This document shows, in pieces, positions 8,799 to 16,943 of a stretch of DNA of 64,000 nucleotides. The DNA comes from a virus (taxonomy: Duplodnaviria; Caudoviricetes). The translations under genes and the position numbers were made by a program. Each line of letters starts with the position of its first letter. Position 1 is the first letter of the stretch. The stretch covers positions 1,253 to 65,252 of IMG/VR virus record IMGVR_UViG_3300044691_000535; one strand, written 5' to 3'. The notes beneath the pieces are model-generated. The model worked only from the letters and a program-made list of their open reading frames with translations, ran no database searches and was not told the DNA's origin.

Positions 8799-9788
8799 TT
8801 ACTTCTTTGCCTTGGGGCGGGTAAGTAGGAATTTACGAATGTCTTTGGAGCGCACGAATTCCTTGTAGATATCCGGGCGCTTCTCTTTGATGGCGGTGAC
8901 GTCCAGGCGGTTGTCTGCCTGCGTCTTCCACGAGCAGGCTTTGTTGCCGCCGATGGTGGCGACCGCAGCGTCTTCCATGAGGCGTTTGGCGATCTCCTCG
9001 GCGTGCTCCCAGCGCACCTTGGCGTTGTCGAAGTCCTCATCGGCTGCGCGCAACTCAACGATCGCGTCGACGAATTCCAGGTTGTCGCCCAACTCGATCT
9101 CTTTACCGCAGTCATTCGGGAAGAGGCGCGCGAGGTCGACCAGACCACCGGGCAGCGGCGGCACGCGAGCGAGTACGTTCTCAGTCCAAAATTTGTCCGC
9201 CGTTGAGCGGATCTCGCCAATCACATCATCAGCCGCGCCCACCGGATAGATGCGAATCTCATCAGCGCCAAACAGCGGCGCGATAATGCAGCGGCGGCGG
9301 CGCGTGATCCCGAGCCCCCACATCGCCTGCGCGGTATACCAGACCGGGGATGCGTCGGTGCCTTCTTCGCCCCACTCGGCGACCTTGTAAGGATGGACAG
9401 TTTTCAATTCAACATTGGTGATGTCGGTCTCGCCGTCGAGCCGAATCTCCCAATCGATCTCGCAGGCGAAGTGCGCAAAGTCAGGATCCACGTAGCGCTC
9501 GTTGGTCTTCAGGATCTCAACGGTGTGGCCGTTGGTTTCGAGCGCCTCGACCAGCATTTCGCCCACGACGGCCTCCCAGCGCTTGCCGCGGCGTTTCACC
9601 CCGACATTCTGCGTGTCGACCGTCGGCGGCTCGACCTTGTCGAGATACAGCGCCAGCGGCGTGTTGCGCCGCCAGGTCTTCGGAGCGATGCCGAGCAGTG
9701 CGCCGATGTCACTACCGCCTAGATATTTGCGACGTTGTTCGCGGAAGGCGAGGTCAGCGGCAATTCTTTGATCGACTGCAGCGTTCAT
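8799..9788 (-). CDS. YqaJ-like viral recombinase exonuclease
   Basis: RRKYLGGSDIGALLG, ELKT, Y.AQAMWGL; adjacent to recT. Confidence 0.9.
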   Translation of the reverse strand: MNAAVDQRIAADLAFREQRRKYLGGSDIGALLGIAPKTWRRNTPLALYLDKVEPPTVDTQNVGVKRRGKRWEAVVGEMLVEALETNGHTVEILKTNERYVDPDFAHFACEIDWEIRLDGETDITNVELKTVHPYKVAEWGEEGTDASPVWYTAQAMWGLGITRRRRCIIAPLFGADEIRIYPVGAADDVIGEIRSTADKFWTENVLARVPPLPGGLVDLARLFPNDCGKEIELGDNLEFVDAIVELRAADEDFDNAKVRWEHAEEIAKRLMEDAAVATIGGNKACSWKTQADNRLDVTAIKEKRPDIYKEFVRSKDIRKFLLTRPKAKK

Positions 9789-9976
9789 TCTGCTTGCCTC
9801 CGCGTCATCACGCCCCTATCCGCCTCAAACGCCGGCACCCGCTGGCACTCCGGCGCCGGCAGCCCGATGCGCTTATTGCGCCGCTTACCCTTCTTCCAAG
9901 TCCCAACCGTGACCAACGCGAAACCGGCGCCGAGCGCGAACCAGAACAGCGCGGCGGACCAAGTAAGGTCGTTCAT
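9785..9976 (-). CDS. Small membrane protein
   Basis: Hydrophobic N-terminus, basic tail, overlapping start/stop. Confidence 0.6.
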   Translation of the reverse strand: MNDLTWSAALFWFALGAGFALVTVGTWKKGKRRNKRIGLPAPECQRVPAFEADRGVMTRRQAE

Positions 9977-10191
9977 TTGCTCTCCAAATAATGCCGCGCA
10001 ATCACCTCGCGGCTGGTTTCGCACCCAAACTTCTTCAAGATGTGCGTGATGTGCTGTTTGACGGTCTTTTCGGAGGTGCCGGTCGCCGCCCCGATCTGGC
10101 GGTTACTTTTGCCGAGGATCAATTGATCGAAGACCAACTGTTGAGATTCGGTGAGTACGACGGCGTTCACTTGGGCTCCTGTCAGAACCAT
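9973..10191 (-). CDS. Stand-alone LuxR-type HTH regulator
   Basis: LTESQQLVF..LILGKSNRQIG...SEKTVKQHITHILKK. Confidence 0.88.
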   Translation of the reverse strand: MVLTGAQVNAVVLTESQQLVFDQLILGKSNRQIGAATGTSEKTVKQHITHILKKFGCETSREVIARHYLESK

Positions 10192-10526
10192 ACGAGGCGG
10201 TCGGGGAACAGAACGGCCGGACCTACGATGTGCGGCAACTCTTCAGGGTCCACGCCCGGATGCTGTGTCAGCCAATTGCTCCGATAGATCTCGGTGGCTA
10301 CCTCGTTGCGCGGCAGACGCTTGCTGTGCCCGTTCTCATCCACAAACATGTCGCGCCGCTGACCCTCGTGCAAAACGGCGACGTGCTCGAGCCAGTTGCC
10401 CGCCCCGAGGATGGGCTCGATCAGCGCCTTGATGCGGTCGTAACCGGGGTCGCGCGGCCACTCCACGGTGCGGGTGGTGCGCTCGCCGTCAGTGGCCAGA
10501 ATGTGGTAGGTCGTGTGTACGCTCAT
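10182..10526 (-). CDS. Hypothetical phage protein (DUF3846-like)
   Basis: DMFVDENG..KRLPRN..AT and IVGPAVL motifs. Confidence 0.7.
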   Translation of the reverse strand: MSVHTTYHILATDGERTTRTVEWPRDPGYDRIKALIEPILGAGNWLEHVAVLHEGQRRDMFVDENGHSKRLPRNEVATEIYRSNWLTQHPGVDPEELPHIVGPAVLFPDRLVWF

Positions 10527-10825
10527 GATTTCTCACTCGATGGATAAACCGTGGGCACTTCCAACACCCGCTGCAGCCGTTCGCGCTTCTTCAGCGCCTC
10601 CAGTTCCCAGCGCATTTTGTCGACCAACTCCGCATCACTCAACCGATGCGAGGCGCGCACGTCCATCGACCAGTCGCATAGATAAGGCGATCCCACCGAC
10701 TCCCTTTTGTTTGCCTGCGTTCCGCCAAGTTCGCAGAGTGGGGAGATCGGAGCCGGCGGGATCGGGTCAACCGTGGCGAGCGCTTTTTGCGCTTGCTCGT
10801 AGTAGAAATCGCTCAAGGCGCTCAT
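10523..10825 (-). CDS. Hypothetical protein
   Basis: Coupled by ATGA overlaps within the operon. Confidence 0.6.
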   Translation of the reverse strand: MSALSDFYYEQAQKALATVDPIPPAPISPLCELGGTQANKRESVGSPYLCDWSMDVRASHRLSDAELVDKMRWELEALKKRERLQRVLEVPTVYPSSEKS

Positions 10826-11187
10826 CGTCGCGTCCTCGGTGTGACGATCGCTCGGCTCACCGTCCGCGCATTCTTCATCAGCTGCTCGATTTTGGCAGCC
10901 AACACATCGTCGCAGTTGCAAAAGGTGCCGTGAAAAACGATCAGTCCGTCGCGCAGCGCGTAATCGCAGCTTCCGTAGCCGCTGTTCGAATACGTCAATG
11001 TCGAGTCGGCGTTCTCGATGACCCACTCATAGGCACCCCAGTCAGGCTGGCCGACGACTTTGACGGACACGTTCCAATCAACCGAGATGTCGTACAGGAG
11101 CGTGAGGTCCTTGCCATTGGTGTATTCCATCGGGAGATGGAATGGATAGGCTGGGCGCGTCGGTTCAGTCGTGACGGCGGCATTCAT
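10822..11187 (-). CDS. Hypothetical protein
   Basis: Coupled ORF with protein-like composition. Confidence 0.65.
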   Translation of the reverse strand: MNAAVTTEPTRPAYPFHLPMEYTNGKDLTLLYDISVDWNVSVKVVGQPDWGAYEWVIENADSTLTYSNSGYGSCDYALRDGLIVFHGTFCNCDDVLAAKIEQLMKNARTVSRAIVTPRTRR

Positions 11188-11462
11188 GACAGCGTCACGA
11201 AGCGCTCACCGAGCTTCACGTAAAAGCGCAGGTCTGCGATGCGGTAGCGATTGTTGTTGCCCAGGACGCAGTGCGCGCCATAGGCATCGTTCACGAATTC
11301 CACATCAAAGGGCACCTTGCCGTCATGTTGGTGTCGGTATTCGCTGGAGCGCTTGATGGTGGCGTAGAGTTGAACCCGGCCGCCAATCGCACCGCCGTCC
11401 TGAGAAGGAAATGGTGAAGGCGGGTTGTGGACGGTCGGGTCCAAAGGTGTTGGGTTGCTCAT
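11184..11462 (-). CDS. Hypothetical protein
   Basis: Coupled ORF in the early operon. Confidence 0.6.
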   Translation of the reverse strand: MSNPTPLDPTVHNPPSPFPSQDGGAIGGRVQLYATIKRSSEYRHQHDGKVPFDVEFVNDAYGAHCVLGNNNRYRIADLRFYVKLGERFVTLS

Positions 11463-11600
11463 GTCAATTCGCCTGCTTTCGGAACATCCACCCCGGCGCA
11501 AAGCACCACCCGGCCGGGATCGGCTCGACGGGCTTGGCGGGGGTCGCGGCCAAGGCGGCGGCGATCAGGTGGGCGACGTATTGGCGTTGGCCGGGTTTGA

Positions 11601-11993
11601 TCACGACAGTTGCCCTGCTTCCCGCACCGCGGCCCGTTCCTCGCTGCGGGCCGACAGACCCTCGATGGCCTGCGCTGCGCGCTGCCGCTCAACTTCGAGT
11701 TGCACGTCGCGCAGAATGAGCGGCTTCAGGTAGCAGCGGATGGCGCCCACGATTACTAATCCGACGTGGGAATAACGCTCCGTCATCTTCTGGGTGGTGT
11801 CGCTCAAGCGCTCGCTGCACAACTCAGCGACGGCCGGATCCCCGTCGGCGAGGGCTTCGATGAAGGCTGCGGGGTAGTGCTTCAGCGCCGCGGCGAGGTC
11901 CTCGAGGGACAAGTCGGGAAGGTCGCGGACGCTTGATGCGTCCGGGGTGGACTCGGCAATGCGCTCGAGCAGGTCGCGGTACGAGGTGCTCAT
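11601..11993 (-). CDS. Hypothetical protein
   Basis: AAGGAG RBS, 130 aa, helical. Confidence 0.7.
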   Translation of the reverse strand: MSTSYRDLLERIAESTPDASSVRDLPDLSLEDLAAALKHYPAAFIEALADGDPAVAELCSERLSDTTQKMTERYSHVGLVIVGAIRCYLKPLILRDVQLEVERQRAAQAIEGLSARSEERAAVREAGQLS

Positions 11994-12430
11994 TGCGAAC
12001 TCCTTTTATTTAAAACCCGACTGGAGTTTCGTGCCTGCTGAAGTGGAGTTGCCCAGCGGCAATTGGACGGTTCGTAACCGCCATCATTGTCAATGCGGTC
12101 TATCGAATGACCATCGGGCTTTGGCCCCATGTCATCAACGAAATTCCAGAAGTTGTCCCAACGCGCACAAAGCTTGATGCCACGTCCGCCATAGCGGTGA
12201 TAACTGGTCGTTGTCGGAGTAGAAGTTCTTCTGCGCATTCCCATCCAGATCGAGAACAGAGGATGGGACTTCATCGGCTGTGTTCTCTCCGGTACAACTG
12301 GCGCTGCCAACTTCCCCTTTCGGAGTTGCTTCCAATGCATGGCGCAACAGCCCATACCTTGATGCTTCCGAGTGCATCCGGGAACGCTGCACGTTCGTGT
12401 GGAGCGTCTCGTCACGGCCGAATTCTCCAC
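11990..12430 (-). CDS. HNH-type homing endonuclease
   Basis: [42 protein letters not shown]. Confidence 0.88.
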   Translation of the reverse strand: MENSAVTRRSTRTCSVPGCTRKHQGMGCCAMHWKQLRKGKLAAPVVPERTQPMKSHPLFSIWMGMRRRTSTPTTTSYHRYGGRGIKLCARWDNFWNFVDDMGPKPDGHSIDRIDNDGGYEPSNCRWATPLQQARNSSRVLNKRSSQ

Positions 12431-12723
12431 TCGTAACCCGCCTGGGCCTCGAACACTTCACGGTTGCCGCAGATGCCGCCCGCGCAGTTGTAGCCGGGGC
12501 TCTGTGACAGGTTGTAGGCCTCTTCCGCATTGGCGAACCAGCCGCCGGCCTGCCAGTGAGCGACGACGCCTACGAGCTCGGCGCCCATGTTCTGGCCGCT
12601 GCCGTCGATGTGCTGGCTGGCGTGGGAGACGTGCTCGCCTTGCAGGCGCACGGTGTTGGGGGCGAGGCAGCAGCCGCTGAGGGCGAGGGTGGCCAATGCG
12701 GAGGCGAGGGCGCGGTAGCTCAT
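12412..12723 (-). CDS. Putative small lipoprotein/outer-membrane protein
   Basis: Signal peptide with lipobox LSGC; beta-strand pattern ending AGYEWRI. Confidence 0.6.
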   Translation of the reverse strand: MSYRALASALATLALSGCCLAPNTVRLQGEHVSHASQHIDGSGQNMGAELVGVVAHWQAGGWFANAEEAYNLSQSPGYNCAGGICGNREVFEAQAGYEWRIRP

Positions 12724-12905
12724 GACAGAGCCAATCCCGCGAGGGATTCAGCGCGTAGGACCCAAGGCGTGTGACCCGACGCCTTGCGCGGCTTCGTGCC
12801 GTTGGTGGCGAACTGTGAGGCGGGCTGAGGTACCCCCTGCCAGCGAAACAGGCGATTGGCTTTGGCCTTGCGGGCCGCTCGGATCTGACGTTTCTGAGTA
12901 TTCAT
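12720..12905 (-). CDS. First gene of leftward operon, Arg/Lys-rich peptide
   Basis: GGAGAG RBS; MNTQKRQIRAARKAKANR. Confidence 0.6.
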   Translation of the reverse strand: MNTQKRQIRAARKAKANRLFRWQGVPQPASQFATNGTKPRKASGHTPWVLRAESLAGLALS

Positions 12906-12930
12906 GCTGCTCTCCGGGTCGATGGAGAGC

Positions 12931-12970
12931 AGTAAACACCATGTTTATGGCGGAGTCAACAGAATGTTTA
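12931..12970 (-). promoter_or_regulatory. PL-like promoter (TTGACT-17-TTTACT) overlapped by two operators (12933-12947, 12956-12970)
   Basis: TAAACaccatGTTTA and TCAACagaatGTTTA match the operators at cI/cro. Confidence 0.75.
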
Positions 12971-13132
12971 ACGACTGTGCGCGGCGTCGCGTCATCAGCT
13001 CGGGCAGGGTCCTATTGCGGCGGTTCGGCGCCGGGGTGCTGATCGGCGGGCGGCATTGCGGTGCTCTGATGCCGTTGCGTCAGTTGCTCGTTTTGTGGTG
13101 AGCGTATTTGGGATTGGGGTTGATCCCACGTA

Positions 13133-13750
13133 TCAACATGTTTGCTGCGGCACTCGTACCCACATGCCGTGATCCGTCCCGATCGGGAAGCGCCCGTCTT
13201 CTATGGGCTGGCGCATGCTGATTTGATGCGCGTAACTCTGGCAGTCGGCGAAACTACGATAGAACGTCCCAGGCATCGGGCCGCCAACGGTCATGCGTGG
13301 CGCGCCTTGCATTTGACATGTTTGTGCTACCTGAGTGCATAGAAACAGTGCGTAGACTCTGGAGTCATCCTCCTCGGGCGCATCCTTGAACGCACTGTCA
13401 GGTAATTTATCGACCATATTTTTCAGTGCCGTTATCCACTGGACGGCGAGGTCGCTCACGCCTTTAGTTCGAAAATCCTGTTCGGTGAATCCCAAGTTGT
13501 AGAACCTGGTGCGATCCGCGTCCCCAAATTTGGCCTTACAAACGTCGGAGAGTACTTTCGAAGCAGCGAAAGCAGGGCCAATTCGCACGGCGAGCGTGCC
13601 GAAACTGTTTGCATAGGCTTTGAACGCAACGTCTGAATCGCCGTAAGGAGGGGCGGTACATCGTGGGTCGGCTGCGAATGCGTTATGTGATGAAAGACTG
13701 CTCAGTAGAAGTAGGGCCGCAGTGCCGCCCCATTGGAAATGTGTGACCAT
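13133..13750 (-). CDS. Secreted Cys-containing protein downstream of cI (possible lysogenic conversion/exclusion; possible 3' frameshift)
   Basis: Signal peptide ending AFA; located in the immunity region. Confidence 0.6.
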   Translation of the reverse strand: MVTHFQWGGTAALLLLSSLSSHNAFAADPRCTAPPYGDSDVAFKAYANSFGTLAVRIGPAFAASKVLSDVCKAKFGDADRTRFYNLGFTEQDFRTKGVSDLAVQWITALKNMVDKLPDSAFKDAPEEDDSRVYALFLCTQVAQTCQMQGAPRMTVGGPMPGTFYRSFADCQSYAHQISMRQPIEDGRFPIGTDHGMWVRVPQQTC

Positions 13751-13763
13751 GGGGGTTGATCCC

Positions 13764-14432
13764 TCAATCTGGTGAATATAAGGCTGACTTGGAGATGCCA
13801 ACGACGTAATGGACGGTGTCTATTTCAGCCTCCAATAGGGTCGTGCGCTCACCACGGATGTTTTGGACTGCTAACTGACCGTCACGTTGGTACAGGAAAT
13901 CTCTGATCATGCTCTGTCCGTCCTTTGTAATTATTAAGACTTCTTCGCCCGCGACGAGCGCGTGTTCCGGCTCGATTACGACATATTCCCCGGATCTAAC
14001 TCTCGAATGGGTGGTGTCGCCGACGATGCGTATCGCGTAAGCCCCTCGATCACGTGATGGCATGTTGATATATCCGTCCCCAGTGCCCGCTGGATGTTGT
14101 GTTTGCCGCTTTCCGTAGCCCTCCTTGCCGATATGTATCGTCCCTTTCACAGGTATGCGTAGCAAACTGTACTCCGACCGTTGAACGGATTTAGCGATTT
14201 TTGACTCGTCAAGTTTCGATCTCTCGGGAACGGCGCCGACCAACTCATCAATGCTTCGACGGAATAGTCGTGCCGCGGCTGCGTGCCGCTCAGCAGGTAA
14301 CCCGCGCTTTTTCCAATTCGTCACGTGCCCGGCCTCGACCCCCATCTTATGCGCAAGCTGGACTTGATCCATGCCTGCATCCCTCATCCAGCGGATTAGG
14401 CGGTCAATCGGTCTTTCTTCTTTAGTTGACAT
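13764..14432 (-). CDS. cI: CI-like repressor (XRE HTH plus S24-like domain)
   Basis: QVQLAHKMGV...HVTNWKKRG HTH; AYAIRIVGD...SGEYVVIEP S24-like fold; divergent from cro. Confidence 0.9.
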   Translation of the reverse strand: MSTKEERPIDRLIRWMRDAGMDQVQLAHKMGVEAGHVTNWKKRGLPAERHAAAARLFRRSIDELVGAVPERSKLDESKIAKSVQRSEYSLLRIPVKGTIHIGKEGYGKRQTQHPAGTGDGYINMPSRDRGAYAIRIVGDTTHSRVRSGEYVVIEPEHALVAGEEVLIITKDGQSMIRDFLYQRDGQLAVQNIRGERTTLLEAEIDTVHYVVGISKSALYSPD

Positions 14433-14442
14433 TATTCGAGGG

Positions 14443-14506
14443 TAAACAAGCCGTTTAGGTCTGTGTTACACGGCACGTTGACTTATCATTAAACGCCATG
14501 TTTAAT
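14443..14506. promoter_or_regulatory. OR region: three operators (14443-14457, 14467-14481, 14490-14504) and PR (TTGACT-17-TTTAAT)
   Basis: TAAACnnnnnGTTTA consensus at 23-24-bp spacing between divergent cI and cro. Confidence 0.8.
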
Positions 14507-14512
14507 GGTCGT

Positions 14513-14749
14513 ATGGGCATAGACGAGACAAAGGCTTTGATCGCCGCCGCTGGCGGCATTACGGCATTCGGAAAGCTGCTGGGCATCGATGGTGACGAGG
14601 GTTTTCAGCAGCGCGTCGACAATTGGAAACGGCGCGGCCTGCCCTCCGAAGTGGTCCTCGAACACTATGAACTGATTCAGAAATTGCGCGCCGATGCTGC
14701 GGCCGCACGCGATCACGGCGCCTCTGGCGCCAGCACAGCGTCCGCCTAG
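14513..14749 (+). CDS. cro: Cro-like repressor
   Basis: IAAAGGITAFGKLLGI...QRVDNWKRRGLP; recognition region similar to that of CI (NWKKRGLP). Confidence 0.85.
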   Translation: MGIDETKALIAAAGGITAFGKLLGIDGDEGFQQRVDNWKRRGLPSEVVLEHYELIQKLRADAAAARDHGASGASTASA

Positions 14750-14959
14750 TTGGTTGTTATGTCGACCATCGTGCCACAGCGCAGCAATCTGGGTAGCGCG
14801 ACTCGACATAAGCTGCCAAACCTGGACTTTCGTCTCGGGCGTCAGAGGAGGGCCTCCTAACTCCTAGCCCGCGCCTCGCACGGCAAGCAGGCTCAAATAA
14901 ACCTAACTTCGAACGAAGACTGCACGCTTGGTCGCGCTGCGGTCGGGGGATCTTAAAAC

Positions 14960-15343
14960 ATGTCGGCTGCAGACCGTCCGCACCTGGGCCAACTCAACTT
15001 GGCCGCGCAAGGGGACTACAAGCGCGTGCTGTTCGTGTGCAGCGGCGGCATGCTCCGAAGCGCCACGGCCGCTCAGTGGGCAGCCACCGTGCTCGACTGG
15101 AACACGCGCAGTTGCGGCACGCTGGAGTGCGCGTTGCCGCCGCCGCACGCCAATCTCATCGAGTGGGCGCAAGTCATCTACTGCATGGAGCCGCACCATC
15201 GGGATGCGCTGGCTTACAAGTTTCCATGGGCGCTCGACAAGATGGAAGTGCTCGACATCCCGGACCGGTTTGAGTACCGGCACCCGGAGTTGGTCGCGTG
15301 GCTGGAGACGCGGTTTGCGGCAGAGATGGAGAAGGCGTCGTGA
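14960..15343 (+). CDS. Low-molecular-weight protein tyrosine phosphatase-like protein
   Basis: VLFVCSGGMLRS (CX5RS P-loop), EWAQVIYCME, LDIPD. Confidence 0.85.
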   Translation: MSAADRPHLGQLNLAAQGDYKRVLFVCSGGMLRSATAAQWAATVLDWNTRSCGTLECALPPPHANLIEWAQVIYCMEPHHRDALAYKFPWALDKMEVLDIPDRFEYRHPELVAWLETRFAAEMEKAS

Positions 15344-15534
15344 GAGCCATCATTCCGCCCATGCGACGAGTACCCGAGGGCGCCTCGGATCAAGTACGCC
15401 GCGCGATGCATCGTCAGGCCGTCGCAGAGTTGGTTCGCTACAACCCGCATAGCTTTCTACCGCCCGGTGTGAAGCGGCGCTGGTGGCATCGGTTGATTGG
15501 GCTGAATGAGTATCCGAAGGTGCTACTGCCATGA
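15340..15534 (+). CDS. Hypothetical protein
   Basis: GTGA overlap with the phosphatase gene. Confidence 0.5.
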   Translation: MRAIIPPMRRVPEGASDQVRRAMHRQAVAELVRYNPHSFLPPGVKRRWWHRLIGLNEYPKVLLP

Positions 15535-15665
15535 ACCCGCCGCACCTGCCGCGCGATCCGCCGCCCTCAATTGCCTTGGTGTTGGTCACCTTGCTGGTGG
15601 GCGTTGCGGTGTGTTTTGGCAGCGTGTTGGTGGCGATTCGGGTGGTGGACTGGTGGCGCGGATGA
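15531..15665 (+). CDS. Small membrane protein (44 aa)
   Basis: ATGA overlap; hydrophobic IALVLVTLLVGVAVCFGSVLVAI. Confidence 0.5.
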   Translation: MNPPHLPRDPPPSIALVLVTLLVGVAVCFGSVLVAIRVVDWWRG

Positions 15666-15670
15666 ATATC

Positions 15671-15979
15671 TCAGGCCGCCTCAGCCCGAAAGCGCAGGCC
15701 CAGCGCCTTCATCACCTTGAGCACCGTGTCCCAACTCGGGTTGCCGTCCTTCGAGAGCGCCTTGTAGAGCGCCTGGCGGGTGAGGCCGGTGTCCTTCGCG
15801 AGCTGAATCATGCCACGCGCGCGCGCCACGGTGCCCAGGGCGCTCGCGAGGAATGCCACATCATCGGGGGCTTCCTCGAGGGCCGCCCCGAGATAAGCGA
15901 GGATGTCTTCTTCCGATTTCAGATAGTCCGCACTGTCATAGCGCGTGAAGACTTCCGGGGTCCGTTTCTTTGCTGTCAT
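15671..15979 (-). CDS. Addiction-module antitoxin (HTH, HI1420-like)
   Basis: YDSADYL, ALGTVARARGM.QLA..TGL.R..LYKALS..GNP. Confidence 0.92.
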   Translation of the reverse strand: MTAKKRTPEVFTRYDSADYLKSEEDILAYLGAALEEAPDDVAFLASALGTVARARGMIQLAKDTGLTRQALYKALSKDGNPSWDTVLKVMKALGLRFRAEAA

Positions 15980-15982
15980 GTG

Positions 15983-16276
15983 TCATCTCCAACTTTTGAG
16001 CAACTGAATGGCGCGCTTGATATCGGCATTCTGCGTACGCTTATCGCCACCGGCCAGCAACAACAATGTTGTGTTGCCCCGTTGCGCGAAGTACACGCGG
16101 TAGCCTGGGCCGTAGTCGATTCGCATCTCGCTCACGCCTGCACCCACCGGCTTGACGTCCCCGGGGTTACCGAAGCCCAAGCGGTCCACGCGCACAGCAA
16201 TCCGAGCCCGTGCCTGCCGATCTCGGAGCCCCTCGAACCAGTCGTTGTAGGTGGCGGATTTCAGGACTTCGAGCAT
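15983..16276 (-). CDS. Addiction-module toxin (RelE/ParE superfamily, HI1419-like)
   Basis: GNPGDVKPVG.GVSEMRIDYGPGYRVYF, LLAGGDKRTQ..DI. Confidence 0.93.
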   Translation of the reverse strand: MLEVLKSATYNDWFEGLRDRQARARIAVRVDRLGFGNPGDVKPVGAGVSEMRIDYGPGYRVYFAQRGNTTLLLLAGGDKRTQNADIKRAIQLLKSWR

Positions 16277-16282
16277 GGGACG

Positions 16283-16314
16283 AGTGTAAACCGCAGTTGT
16301 CTGTTTGTCAACTG
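16283..16314 (-). promoter_or_regulatory. TA promoter TTGACA-17-TACACT with CAGTTG/CAACTG operator palindrome
   Basis: Near-consensus sigma70 hexamers; inverted repeat at 16294-16299 and 16309-16314. Confidence 0.75.
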
Positions 16315-16442
16315 TAAGAGACAGATGGCACGTAGGTGGTGGGGATGAGCCACGAAGAATTTGACCCTATTCGCCGCGTCCATACGAGACACCATGCTCG
16401 TGCCCGGGATGACTCGGGCCGCGGCGATCTCATTCGAGGCGG

Positions 16443-16943
16443 ATGATGGATACGCTCACACCCATTCCAACACGCTTCGATGGCATCCTGTTTCGTTCGC
16501 GCACCGAAGCTCGGTGGGCTGTTCTGTTCAAGCATTTAGACCTTAAGTATCGATACGAGGACGAGGGTTTTCAACTTCCCTCATTCTGGTACCTGCCGGA
16601 CTTTTGGCTGCCTGAGTGGCGCGCGTTCGCTGAGGTCAAGGGTAGTTGGGAGCAGTGGGATGCTATCGCCTTGGGGAAGGCTCGCGAACTGGCGGTTGGT
16701 TCGGGTCGACCGGTTCTCCTATTGGACGAGCTCGAGCCCAACAATCTCTATGTGCGCACGCTGGCGCAAGACGGTTGTGAATTTCTCGCGGACATTCCTA
16801 ATTCAATGGTGCGGGGTCGTCTGTGGTACGAAACTGAGGCGGTTGCGAATCGCGATGAATGGTCCATCGCTTCCGATACCGACTGGCAGGAAGCCGTCTC
16901 CCGAGCCGCGCTCTGGCGGTTTGATCATCGTGCGCGCCGTTAA
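16443..16943 (+). CDS. PD-(D/E)xK nuclease-fold protein
   Basis: FRSRTEARWA, YLPDFWLP....FAEVKG. Confidence 0.8.
   Translation: MMDTLTPIPTRFDGILFRSRTEARWAVLFKHLDLKYRYEDEGFQLPSFWYLPDFWLPEWRAFAEVKGSWEQWDAIALGKARELAVGSGRPVLLLDELEPNNLYVRTLAQDGCEFLADIPNSMVRGRLWYETEAVANRDEWSIASDTDWQEAVSRAALWRFDHRARR

Noticed and set aside
12907-12932. RBS-sequestering hairpin CTGCTCTCC/GGAGAGCAG at the first PL gene
   Set aside because: One arm lies at or upstream of the predicted transcription start, so it probably would not form in the mRNA
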